Shown piece by piece: positions 47,109 through 57,280 of a stretch of 64,000 bases of DNA (positions are counted from its first letter, which is position 1; each line of letters starts with the position of its first letter). Location of the stretch: NCBI GenBank assembly GCA_963714745.1, contig CAVQPK010000007.1, forward strand, positions 135,959 to 199,958, read 5' to 3'. This DNA comes from an uncultured Acidobacteriota bacterium (GTDB lineage: Bacteria; Acidobacteriota; Thermoanaerobaculia; Thermoanaerobaculales; Sulfomarinibacteraceae). The notes beneath the pieces are model-generated. The model worked only from the letters and a program-made list of their open reading frames with translations. It was not told the DNA's origin and searched no databases. A program made the position numbers and the translations under genes.

Positions 47109-47837
47109 GTGGCGAGGCCCTCCAGGAACGAAACCACGCGCAACGCCCGCGCCACGCTGATCTCCCACGCTCGCAGCCTGATCGTCTCGCGGGGCTACAC
47201 CAACACCTCGGTCGACGCCATCAATCGCCAGGCTCGGCTGTCCAAGGGGACCTTCTACCACTACTTCAAGAGCAAGTCCGCGATCCTCGACGCGGTCGTG
47301 GACCAGCTCACCGACGAGGGCTGGGCCAACGCACGGCGAGCGATCGAATCCCCCGAGGACGGTGCGATGGAGCGGTTCACGAGGTTCCTCGTCGCCGCTC
47401 GGCGGTGGCGGATCATCGCCCTGCCGCAGACGGCCGAGATCATGCGCGCCGTCTTCCGACCGGAGAACTCGCTCCTGAGGGAGCGTATGCGCGAGCGGAG
47501 CATCGGCCTGGCAGCTCCCGCGCTTTCGGGCCTTCTCGGCGACGGCAACCGGGAAGGAGTCTTCGCGGTCGACGACCCCGAGGCCTCGGCGAGGGTGTTC
47601 CTGATCCTGGCGTACGGGGTGAGCGACGACCAGGTCAGGGAGGTCATGACGTCGACGGCCTCCGATGAGGTGCTGCTGGAGCGAATCGTGGCGCGCGGAC
47701 GGGCGTTCATGCGCGCCATCGAGGCACTGCTGGGTGTGAAGCCCGGGAGCCTCGAGGGTCCTGATGTCGAGCTGCTGAACAGCATGGTCAGGGCCTTCCG
47801 GACTCCGGAAAGTGCGGTCGATGGAGAGGCGCAATGA
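47109..47837 (+). CDS. TetR/AcrR family transcriptional regulator
   Basis: ORF 47109..47837 (GTG start, GGAGGA upstream). HTH ...RATLISHARSLIVSRGYTNTSVDAINRQARLSKGTFYHYFKSK.... Confidence 0.9.
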   Translation: MARPSRNETTRNARATLISHARSLIVSRGYTNTSVDAINRQARLSKGTFYHYFKSKSAILDAVVDQLTDEGWANARRAIESPEDGAMERFTRFLVAARRWRIIALPQTAEIMRAVFRPENSLLRERMRERSIGLAAPALSGLLGDGNREGVFAVDDPEASARVFLILAYGVSDDQVREVMTSTASDEVLLERIVARGRAFMRAIEALLGVKPGSLEGPDVELLNSMVRAFRTPESAVDGEAQ

Positions 47838-48832
47838 GGGTCATCATCACGGGAGCGACCGGTTTCATCGGTGGCCACCTCGCCCGGTGCCTCCACCGCG
47901 ACGGCGTCGACGTCGTGGCCACGGGACGATCCGAAGCCCACGGTCGAGCGCTGCAATCTGCCGGCATCGAGTTTCGGCCGGCCGATATGCTCGACTGCGA
48001 AGCGCTCATGAATGCCCTCGCACCGGCGGGCTGCGTGGTCCACTGCGCCGGGAAGTCCGCCGACTGGGGAGGGGCATCGGAGTTTCACAACGTCAACGTG
48101 GTCGGGACCCGGAACCTCGTCCGCGCTTGCGAGCACCACGGCATCCGCAGGATCGTCTTTCTCTCCACCCCGAGCATCTACTACACGGGCCGCGACCGCT
48201 TCGACGTGACCGAGAGCGAGCCGGTGCCACCGAGGCAGCTCACCCACTACGCCGGGGCCAAGCTCCAGGCCGAGCAGGAGCTGTTGGGGCTTGCTGAGCG
48301 GGGGTTCGAGGTCATCATCCTGAGACCCCGGGCGGTGCTCGGTCCCCACGACACCACCATCACGCCGCGGATCCTGCGCCTCGCCGAAGGGAGGTCCTTT
48401 CCCCTCATCGGCGGCGGAGAGGCCATCACCGAGATCACGGCTGTGGACAACCTCGTCGACGCGGTCCGTGCGGCACTCAACGCGAGCCCAGCAGCGTGGA
48501 ACACGGTCTACAACATCACCAACGGTGAGCCCATCCGGATCCGGGACTGGTTCGCTCGAGTGCTCGACGCCTTCGACCGTCCGTTCAGACCACGTAAGGT
48601 TCCGCTGGTGGCGGCGAAGTCCGCCGCCGTCGTCATGGAGCTCGCCAGTCGTCTCCCGTTCGGCCCCAAGGAGCCTGCGTTCACGCGCTTCTCGGTGGGC
48701 TACATGGCGACCTCGATGACCCTGTCCCTCGACCGTGCCAGAAGCCGCCTCGGCTACTCTCCGAAGATCGACAACGAGGGGACTTTCGAGCGGCTCGCCC
48801 AATGGCATCGATCCGGTGCCGGGGGGCGGTGA
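47834..48832 (+). CDS. NAD-dependent epimerase/dehydratase (extended SDR, 3-beta-HSD-like)
   Basis: ORF 47834..48832 (ATGA overlap with TetR). MRVIITGATGFIGGHL..., ...YAGAKLQAE... (YxxxK). Confidence 0.85.
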   Translation: MRVIITGATGFIGGHLARCLHRDGVDVVATGRSEAHGRALQSAGIEFRPADMLDCEALMNALAPAGCVVHCAGKSADWGGASEFHNVNVVGTRNLVRACEHHGIRRIVFLSTPSIYYTGRDRFDVTESEPVPPRQLTHYAGAKLQAEQELLGLAERGFEVIILRPRAVLGPHDTTITPRILRLAEGRSFPLIGGGEAITEITAVDNLVDAVRAALNASPAAWNTVYNITNGEPIRIRDWFARVLDAFDRPFRPRKVPLVAAKSAAVVMELASRLPFGPKEPAFTRFSVGYMATSMTLSLDRARSRLGYSPKIDNEGTFERLAQWHRSGAGGR

Positions 48833-49388
48833 AATCCGTCGCTGAAGGACTCGAATCAGAACGCGATGGGGCGGCGCGGCGGCGCGATCGAGAGAGGACC
48901 TTTCGCGCGACGCTTCACGGGAGCGGTCAGGGCCCGGATCCCGGTCGAGCGGGCCGCCTGGTCCAGGAAGCTCGCGTTGCAGGCCTTGAGCCCACAGGAT
49001 GCACGGTGCTGCGAAGCTCGCCGTCAATGACCGGTGTATCAGGCCGGACCGGTTGGGGGTACTAGTCGTCGGGATCGCAACCCTCGAGCCAGAGCCCGAC
49101 GGAGCTCGGGTGGACTGGGCCTCGGATCCGACGGATCATGAAGGGACGGCCGAGAATGACGGTGGTCTGCAGCCAGATGGAACCTCTCCCCTGCGGCGGC
49201 GCCGCTGCGGCTGCGGCCAGGATTTCCGTCGCCGGTTCCCGAATCTCGGGTCGGCTCCGGCTGTCGATCGTCCAGGACGTGTGCAGTCCACGAGGCAACC
49301 TGCTCTCGGAGACCTCCCAACAACACCCTGCGCGTTTCGAGATTGGGCACTCGGATATGGCGTCGGGGTCTGGACAGGTCCTGCTAGG

Positions 49389-51626
49389 ATGAGGGTGAGG
49401 CACGACCTCGCAGCTGTGAACCCGGAGCACGAATCAGTGATCGGACGCGACACGCCCGAGCTGGTGCCCTCGAGACTCCACGTGCTGGTGGTCTCGGCGG
49501 ACCGCCAGTGCGGGCTCCAGCTGGGCTCGGTGGTCGAGGAGCTCGGGCACCGGCTCGAGCTCTGCGACGAGCCGGGTCGCGCCCTGGGCAGGCCGCCGTG
49601 GGCGCTGCCGAACCTGGTGATCGTGGACTGGGGTCTGGGCGCAGAGTCGGTGGCGATGGTGGTGGACGGGGTCGCGGGCTCGGCCGACGGCTCGAGGTCC
49701 CTGGTTCTGGTGGTGGCGCCCACGCCCCACGGCGAGGAGCTGCGTCGCCTCGCGGACCGTCGGCCGGACTCCGTGATGGTGAGCTCGGCGAGCCGGGGCG
49801 AGATCGTGCACCAGGTCAGGGTGGCCGAGTCCAGGATCCGGCACGACCCGGACCACCTCGGCGGATGGAAACCGACCGAAGAGGATCGTGAGGAGGAGCC
49901 CTCGTCGCTCGAGCCGGTGGACGGGTGGTGGGAGTGGGACGTCGCGACGGATGCGGTGCGCTACTCCTCACGCTGGTGGGCGATGGTCGGCCGCGAGCAG
50001 CCCGAGGTCGACTCGACTCCCGCCGAGTGGAAGCGGCTGGTGCACCCGGACGATCTGGCGCCCCTCGAGAAGAACCTGACCAGCTTTCTCGACGGGGGTA
50101 TCCGCGACCTCGAGCACGGGCACCGGATGCGGCTGGGCAATGACGACTTCCGGTGGGTGCTGACTCGGTGCTTCGCGTTCCGTGACGCCGCGGGGCGCGC
50201 CCAGCGGGTGATCGGCCTGCACACCGACGTGACCGCCCAGATGAGGACCGAGGAGCGGCTGCAGTACGTGGCCCTGCACGACGCACTGACCGGCCTGCCC
50301 AATCGCACCCTGTTCATCGATCGGCTGCACCAGGCGTTCCTGCGGGTGCAACGGGAGCCGAAGAGCCCGTTCGCGCTCTTCTTTCTCGACGTCGACCGTT
50401 TCAAGAACGTCAACGACGCGTTCGGGCATCTCACCGGCGACCGGCTGCTGGGCTCGATCGCGACCCGCCTCGAGAGCGCGCTGCGGCCGAGCGACACGGT
50501 CGCCCGCTTCGGCGGCGACGAGTTCGTGATCCTCACCGAGGGCATCCACGACGCCCATCGCGCGACCGCGATCGCGCTGCGGATCCAGGAGGCTTTCCGG
50601 CAGCCTTTCGAGCTGCGCGGCACCGAGGTCTTCATCAGCGTGAGCATGGGTATCGCGATGTGGTCGGAGCGTTACACCAGCTCGGAGGAGCTGCTGCGCG
50701 ACGCCGACACCGCGATGTACCGCGCCAAGGCGATGGGCAAGAACCGCTTCGAGCTCTTCGACGAGGACATGCACCGTGAGGTGGTGGCGGCGCTGCAGCT
50801 CGAGAACGACCTCCGACGTGCGGTCGAGCGGCAGGAGTTCGAGGTCTACTATCAACCGATCGTCGACCTCGAGGACGGCAGGATCTCCGGCTTCGAGGCG
50901 CTGGTTCGCTGGCGCCATCCCGAACGGGGGCTGCTGCGGCCCGCCAGCTTCATCCCCCTCGCCGAAGAGATCGGCCTGGTGGTCGAAATCGACCGTTGGG
51001 TGCTCGAGGAGGCGTGCCGGCAGCTGCGACTGTGGCAGGTTCAGTTCCGTCAGAACCCCCCGCTCAAGGTCAACGTGAACCTGTCCGGGATCCAGTTCGC
51101 GCGCCCGGACCTGATCGCGCAGGTGGACCACATCGTGCGCAAGTCCGGGCTGTTCGGGCGCAGCCTCAACCTGGAGATCACCGAGAGCCTGATCATGGAG
51201 GACGCGAGCTACGCGGGCGCGATGCTCGAGCAGCTCAAGACCCTCGGGATCGGGATCTGCATCGACGACTTCGGCACCGGCTACTCGTCCATGAGCTACC
51301 TGAAGCGCTTCGACATCGACGTGCTCAAGATCGACAAGTCGTTCGTGTCGAGGATGATCGAGGACGAGGAGAGCCAGGAGATCGTGCGCACCATCACCAA
51401 CCTCGCGCACAACCTGGGCAAGGTGACGGTGGTCGAAGGGGTGGAGACCGCCGCCCAGCTCGAGATGGTGCGGGTGATGAAGCCGGCCCGTATCCAGGGT
51501 TACTACGTGTCGGAACCGATCCCGGCCGGCATGGCCCACCGCCTGCTCGAATGCGCGTTCGGCGGTAAGAACCACCTCCGGGCCGTGCTCTCGATGCCGG
51601 CGGAGACCCGGCGAGCCGCCGGCTGA
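49389..51626 (+). CDS. receiver-like / PAS / GGDEF / EAL signalling protein (c-di-GMP turnover)
   Basis: Inside ORF 48999..51626, start taken at ATG 49389. An N-terminal CheY-like segment (LHVLVVSAD...LVIVDWGL), PAS (WWEWDVATDAVRYSSRWW...), GGDEF (RFGGDEFVIL), and EAL (FEALVRWRHP...EITES...DDFGTGYSS). Confidence 0.9.
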   Translation: MRVRHDLAAVNPEHESVIGRDTPELVPSRLHVLVVSADRQCGLQLGSVVEELGHRLELCDEPGRALGRPPWALPNLVIVDWGLGAESVAMVVDGVAGSADGSRSLVLVVAPTPHGEELRRLADRRPDSVMVSSASRGEIVHQVRVAESRIRHDPDHLGGWKPTEEDREEEPSSLEPVDGWWEWDVATDAVRYSSRWWAMVGREQPEVDSTPAEWKRLVHPDDLAPLEKNLTSFLDGGIRDLEHGHRMRLGNDDFRWVLTRCFAFRDAAGRAQRVIGLHTDVTAQMRTEERLQYVALHDALTGLPNRTLFIDRLHQAFLRVQREPKSPFALFFLDVDRFKNVNDAFGHLTGDRLLGSIATRLESALRPSDTVARFGGDEFVILTEGIHDAHRATAIALRIQEAFRQPFELRGTEVFISVSMGIAMWSERYTSSEELLRDADTAMYRAKAMGKNRFELFDEDMHREVVAALQLENDLRRAVERQEFEVYYQPIVDLEDGRISGFEALVRWRHPERGLLRPASFIPLAEEIGLVVEIDRWVLEEACRQLRLWQVQFRQNPPLKVNVNLSGIQFARPDLIAQVDHIVRKSGLFGRSLNLEITESLIMEDASYAGAMLEQLKTLGIGICIDDFGTGYSSMSYLKRFDIDVLKIDKSFVSRMIEDEESQEIVRTITNLAHNLGKVTVVEGVETAAQLEMVRVMKPARIQGYYVSEPIPAGMAHRLLECAFGGKNHLRAVLSMPAETRRAAG

Positions 51627-51685
51627 GCAGGCGCCGATGGTCCACCGGGCGCAGGTCTCCCTGTGCCCCTCCCGCCCGAAAGCCG

Positions 51686-51903
51686 GTGGGATTCCCGGAG
51701 GGGATCCTTCGACTCGCTCGCCTCCGGCTCGATGATCGAAGGCGAGTGGGATTCCCGGAGGGGATCCTTCGACTCGCTCGCTGACGCTCGCTCGCTCAGG
51801 ATGACAGGGGGGGGGGTGCGGCTCGCTCGCTCAGGATGACGGGGGGGTGCGGCTCGCTCGCTCAGGATGACGGGGGCGGTGCGGCTCGCTCGCTCAGGAT
51901 GAC
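51686..51903. repeat. tandem direct repeats (2 x 36 nt at 60-nt spacing, then 4 x ~24 nt separated by G runs)
   Basis: GTGGGATTCCCGGAGGGGATCCTTCGACTCGCTCGC at 51686-51721 and 51746-51781 (identical). (T/A)(G/C)CG(G/C)CTCGCTCGCTCAGGATGAC at 51783-51805, 51817-51840, 51848-51871 and 51880-51903. G10, G7 and G5 runs lie between them. Confidence 0.8.
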
Positions 51904-52471
51904 AGTGGAGGGGAGACCCTGGCTCGCGCGCCGGGGACAACCGCGGTCGAGGCGCTGCACGCAGGCTGTGACCCTGAGGGCCGTTGCCCGCCTCGGCCGT
52001 CCCCCCGCCTTGTGACCCTGAGCGGAGAGGCCCGCCCGAGCCGCGAACTCAAGGGTCTCCTCCGGTACCCCGATAACCGTCATTCCCTGGGATCCGGCCC
52101 GTGCCCGGGAGAGCAGGCTGATCGGGACCAGTCCCACGCCGGAATGGACGCCGTATCCCGGACCGACCGCCCGCTGCCCGGCCCCGGGCTGGAGCCTTCG
52201 TGTGGACGGCAGCGACCGCGTCCGCTCACCGGTTCTATGGGTCGCGGCGGCGGCCCGCGCCGTGTGGTCCAGGCATCGTCGAGGCGCGACCGCGTGTGGG
52301 GAGCTCTCTCGCGACGACGCTGCGACGGGGTATCATCGAACCGACGGCGGCGACCATGCGGCTGCCTGCTGGCCTTCGAAGCCGAGCCGGGTGAGCGCTC
52401 GGTGCGAGGGACGGGTCGCGTGATCGACTGGACGAGCACGATCCAGGGCTCGCGAAGGAAGGAGAACCGAG

Positions 52472-53386
52472 ATGACGATCCGGCCGGTGCAGCGTCTGAT
52501 CACCTCGAAGCCGACGATCGAGGGCGCGGGAGTACGCCTGCGGCGCGCTTTCGGGTTCGGCGACACCGAGCCCTTCGACCCGTTCCTGCTGATGGACGAC
52601 TTCCGCAACGACCGGCCCGAGGACTACCGGGCAGGCTTTCCCTGGCACCCGCACCGGGGGATCGAGACCATCACCTACGTCCTGGCCGGCACGGTGGAGC
52701 ACGGCGACAGCCTCGGCAACCGAGGCGTGATCGGCCCCGGCGACGTGCAGTGGATGACGGCCGGCTCCGGCATCGTGCACCAGGAGATGCCGATGGGGGA
52801 CGATGCGGGCCGGATGCACGGCTTCCAGCTCTGGCTCAACCTCCCGCGGGAGCACAAGATGACCGATCCGCGCTACCAGGAGGTCCCGGCCGAGGGGATT
52901 CCGGAGGTGACCGAGGACGACGGCACCGTCGCGCGGGTGATCTGCGGCAGCCTGTGGGGCGTCTCGGGGCCGGTCGACGGGATCGCCGGCTCACCCTCGT
53001 ACCTGGACGTGACCGTGCCGCCAGGGGTCAGGCGCCGGATACCGGTGGAGCACTGGCGCCACGCCTTCGCCTACGTCTTCGAGGGGTCGGGCTCGTTCTG
53101 CGACGCCTCCGAGCCGCTCGCGGTGCCGACCGAGCCGGCCGGCTGGCTGCAGGAGAAGCCGCCCCGCGAGACCGGGGACCGCTCGCTGGTGCTGTTCGAC
53201 GCCGGCGACGAGGTGGTGGTCACGGCGGGTGAGCGCGGGATCCGCTTCCTGCTCGTCTCGGGGCGGCCGTTCCGAGAGCCGGTGGCCTGGTACGGGCCGA
53301 TCGTGATGAACACCCAAGGGGAGCTGCGCCAGGCCTACCAGGAGCTCGAGGAGGGCACCTTCCTCAAGCACGGCGGGAGGGGATAG
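52472..53386 (+). CDS. pirin family protein
   Basis: ORF 52472..53386. ...GFPWHPHRGIETITYVLAGTVEHGDSLGN...DVQWMTAGSGIVHQEMP.... Confidence 0.92.
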   Translation: MTIRPVQRLITSKPTIEGAGVRLRRAFGFGDTEPFDPFLLMDDFRNDRPEDYRAGFPWHPHRGIETITYVLAGTVEHGDSLGNRGVIGPGDVQWMTAGSGIVHQEMPMGDDAGRMHGFQLWLNLPREHKMTDPRYQEVPAEGIPEVTEDDGTVARVICGSLWGVSGPVDGIAGSPSYLDVTVPPGVRRRIPVEHWRHAFAYVFEGSGSFCDASEPLAVPTEPAGWLQEKPPRETGDRSLVLFDAGDEVVVTAGERGIRFLLVSGRPFREPVAWYGPIVMNTQGELRQAYQELEEGTFLKHGGRG

Positions 53387-53393
53387 CTTCGGC

Positions 53394-56063
53394 TCAATGC
53401 CCGGCCGAGGTGCCTGGATGTGCCGGTCGGTGCGCGGCGAGTTCGAGCAGCTGCTGGAATCGTGGGTCGGCTCGCAGATCAGCGAGCCCTGGTGTGTTGA
53501 CGATCTGATCCAGGGCAAAACCGCGCTCGAGCACCTCGGCGAGCAGCTCCAGCGCCCGATCGCGATGGCCCGCGTCCTCGCAGATGTTGGCTGCGAAGAG
53601 CCTGGTGTCCAGGTCGTCGGGCGCGAGCTCGAGCGCTTGCTCCACCAGGGCGAGACCTTCGGCGGTGCGCCCGAGGGCGACCTCGCAGTCGGCCAGGTTG
53701 ATCAGGACCTCGGGATCGCGGGGGTTGACCCGCCGCTGCTCCTCGGCCAGCTCCGCGGCGCGGCGGTAGGCCGCCGGGGCCTTGGCCTCGAGGCCGGGCG
53801 CCCACAGGTAGGCCGAAGCGAGGTTTCGCCAGATGCGGTAGTCGGTGGCCTGGAGCTCGAGCGCCTGCTCGAACGCGCCGGCGGCGCCGGTGAAGTCGCC
53901 CTGTGAGTACCTGATGGTGGCCAGGTTCGAGTACACGCGATAGCTGGGCTCGATGGCGGCGGCGCGCCGGAACGCAGAAGCCGCCTCGTCGATCCTCCCC
54001 ATGGCGTAGTAGACGCCGCCGAGGTTGCTGAAGGCGCGAGCGCTCCACGGCGCGAGCTCCGTCACACGGACGAACGTACGCTCGGCCTCCTCCAACCGCC
54101 CGGTCCGGTAGTAGAAGACACCAAGCTGGTTGAAGCTGGCCCAGTACCCGGGGCGGGCGTCGATGGCCAGGCGGTAGGTGGCCTCGGCATCCGCCATGCG
54201 GCCCAACGATTCGTAGGTGGCGGCCAGACCACGCAGCGCCTCCGGGTCGTGCGGGCTCAGCGCCAGCGCGCGGCGAAAGGACTCCACCGCCTCTTCGGAC
54301 CTTCCGGTGCCGTCCAGCACCAGGCCGAGGGTCACCCATCCCGGGGCGAGCAGGTCGTTCAGCTCGACCGCTCGCCGCGATGCGCTCCGGGCGAGCTCCA
54401 TCGATGCCGCGTCCTGATTGAGCTTCCAGCGCCGCCAGCAGGCCTCGCCGAGGCCGGCGTAGGCGAGGGCATACTGCGGGTCCCGCTGCAGAGCCCCCTG
54501 AAACGAACCGACAGCCTGGTCGAGGCTCTCGCTGTCGGTGTAGTCCTGGAGGTGGGCGCGACCCTCCAGATAGAGACGATAGGCGTCGGCTTCCGAGGTG
54601 GTCCCGGCGCGGATGATCCGCTCCGCCTCGGGATTGAGCTCGATCTCGAGCATCCCGGCCACCCGTCGCACCAGCTCGTCCTGCATGTTCATGAGGTGGT
54701 CGACTGAGGAGTCGACGTCGATCGCGCGAAGCTGGCGTCCGGCGACGGCGTCGATCAGGTTCGCCGTCAGACGGACCGTAGGCCCCACCTTCTGGACACT
54801 GCCGGAGACCACGAGCGAGACGCCGAACCTGCGGTGGGCCGCAGCCGCGCTGGTGATGTCGGCTTCGCGGACCTCAGATGCGGGGACGACCGCCAGCGAT
54901 CCCCGGAACCCCTCGAGCTCGGTGAGCTTGCTGGTGAGGATCTCGGCCAGTCCGGCACCGATCAGTCGGCTGTCCTGGTCGCCTTCAGCGGTCGAAAAGG
55001 GGAGCACTGCGAGCGATCCCTGTCCGGGCGCCGGCGCGCCGCCAGGGATCTCTCCCGTTCGGCCGCGCATGAAGAGCAACCAGAGGAGCACCAATACCGC
55101 GACGACCGGCAGCGCGAGGACCCATGCGGGGGCTCTCCTGCGGCCTCGTGGAGGTGGTTCGACCACGGGGGTGGTGAGGTGGATGACCCGAGCTTCACCC
55201 GAGTCGGTGAGGATGCTCCGCAGGGCGAAGGCGAGGTCGCGCGCCGACTGGAACCTGTCCTCGGGCCGTTTCTCGAGGCACCTGTTGACCACGCGCTCGA
55301 GTGCCGCCGGGACGGCCGTGGCGAGCTGCGACAGCCGCGGCGGGTCGTCACGGGCGATGGCCGCCATGGTTTCGGCGGCGCTCTGCTCGTGGAATGCCCG
55401 CGTACCGGCGAGCATCTCGTAGAGAACGGTGCCCATCGAGAACAGATCGCTTCGGTGATCCGTCGGCTGCGAGCGGACCTGCTCCGGCGACATGTACCCT
55501 GCGGTGCCGAGGACCATCCCCGGATGCGTGTCGAGGGTCAGAGTGGGCAGGTTACCGCCAGTGGTGGGATCTTGGGACTCCTGCTGTCTCAGCTTGGCCA
55601 GCCCGAAGTCGAGGATCTTCACCGTACCGTCCGAGGTGATGAAGATGTTGTCGGGCTTGAGGTCGCGATGGATGACACTTCGCTCATGGGCGGCTGCGAG
55701 GCCGTCGGCGATCTGGATGGCGTACTCGATCACCTTCCCGGGCGGGAGGCGGCCGCCTTCGATGCGGTCGCGCAGTGTCTCGCCCTCGAGCAGCTCGGTG
55801 ACGATGAACGGCCGGTCGTCTTCGACTCCGGAGTAGTGGATCGCGAGGATGTTCGGGTGGGCGAGCTTGGCCACCGCCTTGGCCTCGCGGTCGAATCGCG
55901 CGAGGCGGTCGGGTCTCTGGGCGACCGAGTCCGGCATCACCTTCACCGCAACATCCCGGTCGAGGCGCTCGTCGTGGGCCCGGTACACTTCTCCCATCCC
56001 GCCCTCACCGAGCTTGGCGACGATGCGGTAGTGGCCGAGCGTCCGTCCGATGAGGTCACTCAT
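53394..56063 (-). CDS. Ser/Thr protein kinase with TM helix, periplasmic-type middle domain and C-terminal TPR array
   Basis: ORF 53394..56063(-). GEGGMGEVYRA, VAVK, HRDLKPDN, DFGLAK, GTAGYMSPE. TM WVLALPVVAVLVLLWLLF. At least 8 TPR-like units. Confidence 0.9.
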   Translation of the reverse strand: MSDLIGRTLGHYRIVAKLGEGGMGEVYRAHDERLDRDVAVKVMPDSVAQRPDRLARFDREAKAVAKLAHPNILAIHYSGVEDDRPFIVTELLEGETLRDRIEGGRLPPGKVIEYAIQIADGLAAAHERSVIHRDLKPDNIFITSDGTVKILDFGLAKLRQQESQDPTTGGNLPTLTLDTHPGMVLGTAGYMSPEQVRSQPTDHRSDLFSMGTVLYEMLAGTRAFHEQSAAETMAAIARDDPPRLSQLATAVPAALERVVNRCLEKRPEDRFQSARDLAFALRSILTDSGEARVIHLTTPVVEPPPRGRRRAPAWVLALPVVAVLVLLWLLFMRGRTGEIPGGAPAPGQGSLAVLPFSTAEGDQDSRLIGAGLAEILTSKLTELEGFRGSLAVVPASEVREADITSAAAAHRRFGVSLVVSGSVQKVGPTVRLTANLIDAVAGRQLRAIDVDSSVDHLMNMQDELVRRVAGMLEIELNPEAERIIRAGTTSEADAYRLYLEGRAHLQDYTDSESLDQAVGSFQGALQRDPQYALAYAGLGEACWRRWKLNQDAASMELARSASRRAVELNDLLAPGWVTLGLVLDGTGRSEEAVESFRRALALSPHDPEALRGLAATYESLGRMADAEATYRLAIDARPGYWASFNQLGVFYYRTGRLEEAERTFVRVTELAPWSARAFSNLGGVYYAMGRIDEAASAFRRAAAIEPSYRVYSNLATIRYSQGDFTGAAGAFEQALELQATDYRIWRNLASAYLWAPGLEAKAPAAYRRAAELAEEQRRVNPRDPEVLINLADCEVALGRTAEGLALVEQALELAPDDLDTRLFAANICEDAGHRDRALELLAEVLERGFALDQIVNTPGLADLRADPRFQQLLELAAHRPAHPGTSAGH

Positions 56064-56072
56064 GGGCGCTGA

Positions 56073-57272
56073 TCACGGTGGACCGATGGTATCGCGGGAT
56101 TGCCGCGGACGCGCCGCGGTCAGCGGCTGGAGTTCGCCGGGGTAGACTGCGGTGAAGGTGCCGTCGACGATCTCGAGCGCGGACGGCCGGCCCCGAGCGG
56201 GCCAGTGCTCCATCAGGGTGTCGATCACGAACAGACGACCGTTGAATCGTTCGAGGATCCGGCCATCCCTACGGGGGATGTGGCCGACCACCATGCGCTG
56301 CACCGCGAAGCTGGCCAGCAGCTCGGAGAGCTCCGCTGCGTCGGCGGTCTCGTCCCAGAACGACGGCGCGCCGTTCCACAGAGGTCCCGCGGGATCGGCG
56401 ATGAGCCAGGACTGCCATCCCACCAGGTCGCGCATCGGACCGACCTGCAGCGCGCGTCGACGCTCGTTCGCGCTGGGCTTCCGGCCGAGCCGCTCGGCGA
56501 AGCGGATCTCGTTCTCGACCACGGTGTTCATCAGGTGGATCGACGAGGTTGGTTGGATCAGGCCGAGGTCGGCCAGGTGGCGTCGCACCCGGTCGAAGGT
56601 GGCGAGCTCCTCCCGCACCCGGCGGTTGATCTCCTCGAGCCGCGTCCCCTTCATGGTCGGGCCGAGCCCGCCGTGGACGAAGACCGTGTCTCCGAGGAGC
56701 ACGACCGCGGGCCGCTGGCGCAGCCACCGGCCGTACTCGCCGGTCGGTCCGAACGCCTCGAGGTACTCGACCTTGCCGAGGGGATGGGCCTCGAGCCAGT
56801 GCCGCTCGAGCGCGCGGTCAACCGGGGGAGGAGAGGCGCCGAGGTAGCGCGCCTGTGCTTTGAGGAACCGCAGGTACTCCTCGTAGGCGTCCCGCCTGGC
56901 AGCCTCCGAACGGGCGTCCACGAATGCGTCAAAGCTGCGGGGGTCGACCTCGCGGAGCACGCCGAGGAGGTCGTTGACCTCGTGGTTGCCGAGCAGAACG
57001 ACAACACGGCCCCCGGCCTGCGCGGCCTCTCCCTCGAGGCGGATGAGCAGGTCGAGGACCTCGCGCAGGCGGGGCGCCCGGTCGACGATGTCGCCCATCT
57101 GGACCAGGGTCGTCGCACCGCCGGTCCAGCGCAGGTTCTCGTCGGCCAGGCCGGTCTCCCGCAGGATCGTCGTGAGAGCCCCGACGTTTCCATGCAGGTC
57201 CCCGACCGCCACGATGCGGTCGCCGGCGCCGGCCGAGGCCGCGACCAGCGCAACCCCTATCGCGGCAGTCAC
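56073..57272 (-). CDS. PPP-family metallophosphoesterase (probable Ser/Thr protein phosphatase) with signal peptide
   Basis: Inside ORF 56073..58106(-), start taken at GTG 57272 (TTG 57275 is an alternative). (M)TAAIGVALVAASAGAG, then the GDLHG / GDIVDRA / GNHE triad. Confidence 0.75.
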   Translation of the reverse strand: MTAAIGVALVAASAGAGDRIVAVGDLHGNVGALTTILRETGLADENLRWTGGATTLVQMGDIVDRAPRLREVLDLLIRLEGEAAQAGGRVVVLLGNHEVNDLLGVLREVDPRSFDAFVDARSEAARRDAYEEYLRFLKAQARYLGASPPPVDRALERHWLEAHPLGKVEYLEAFGPTGEYGRWLRQRPAVVLLGDTVFVHGGLGPTMKGTRLEEINRRVREELATFDRVRRHLADLGLIQPTSSIHLMNTVVENEIRFAERLGRKPSANERRRALQVGPMRDLVGWQSWLIADPAGPLWNGAPSFWDETADAAELSELLASFAVQRMVVGHIPRRDGRILERFNGRLFVIDTLMEHWPARGRPSALEIVDGTFTAVYPGELQPLTAARPRQSRDTIGPP

Positions 57273-57280
57273 CAACCACT

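Noticed and set aside
49062-49430. 122-aa minus-strand ORF whose last ~40 codons (SIWLQTTVILGRPFMIRRIRGPVHPSSVGLWLEGCDPDD) look coding-like. It lies in the 556-bp gap upstream of the GGDEF-EAL gene.
   Set aside because: There is no start context, the N-terminal two thirds are low-complexity, and no family is recognised. It may be a gene remnant but is not supportable as a feature.
51783-51903. CRISPR-like appearance of four regularly spaced 24-nt repeats.
   Set aside because: The spacers are only 7-11 nt and consist of G runs. There are only four units, and no cas genes or leader. It is a tandem repeat, not a CRISPR array.
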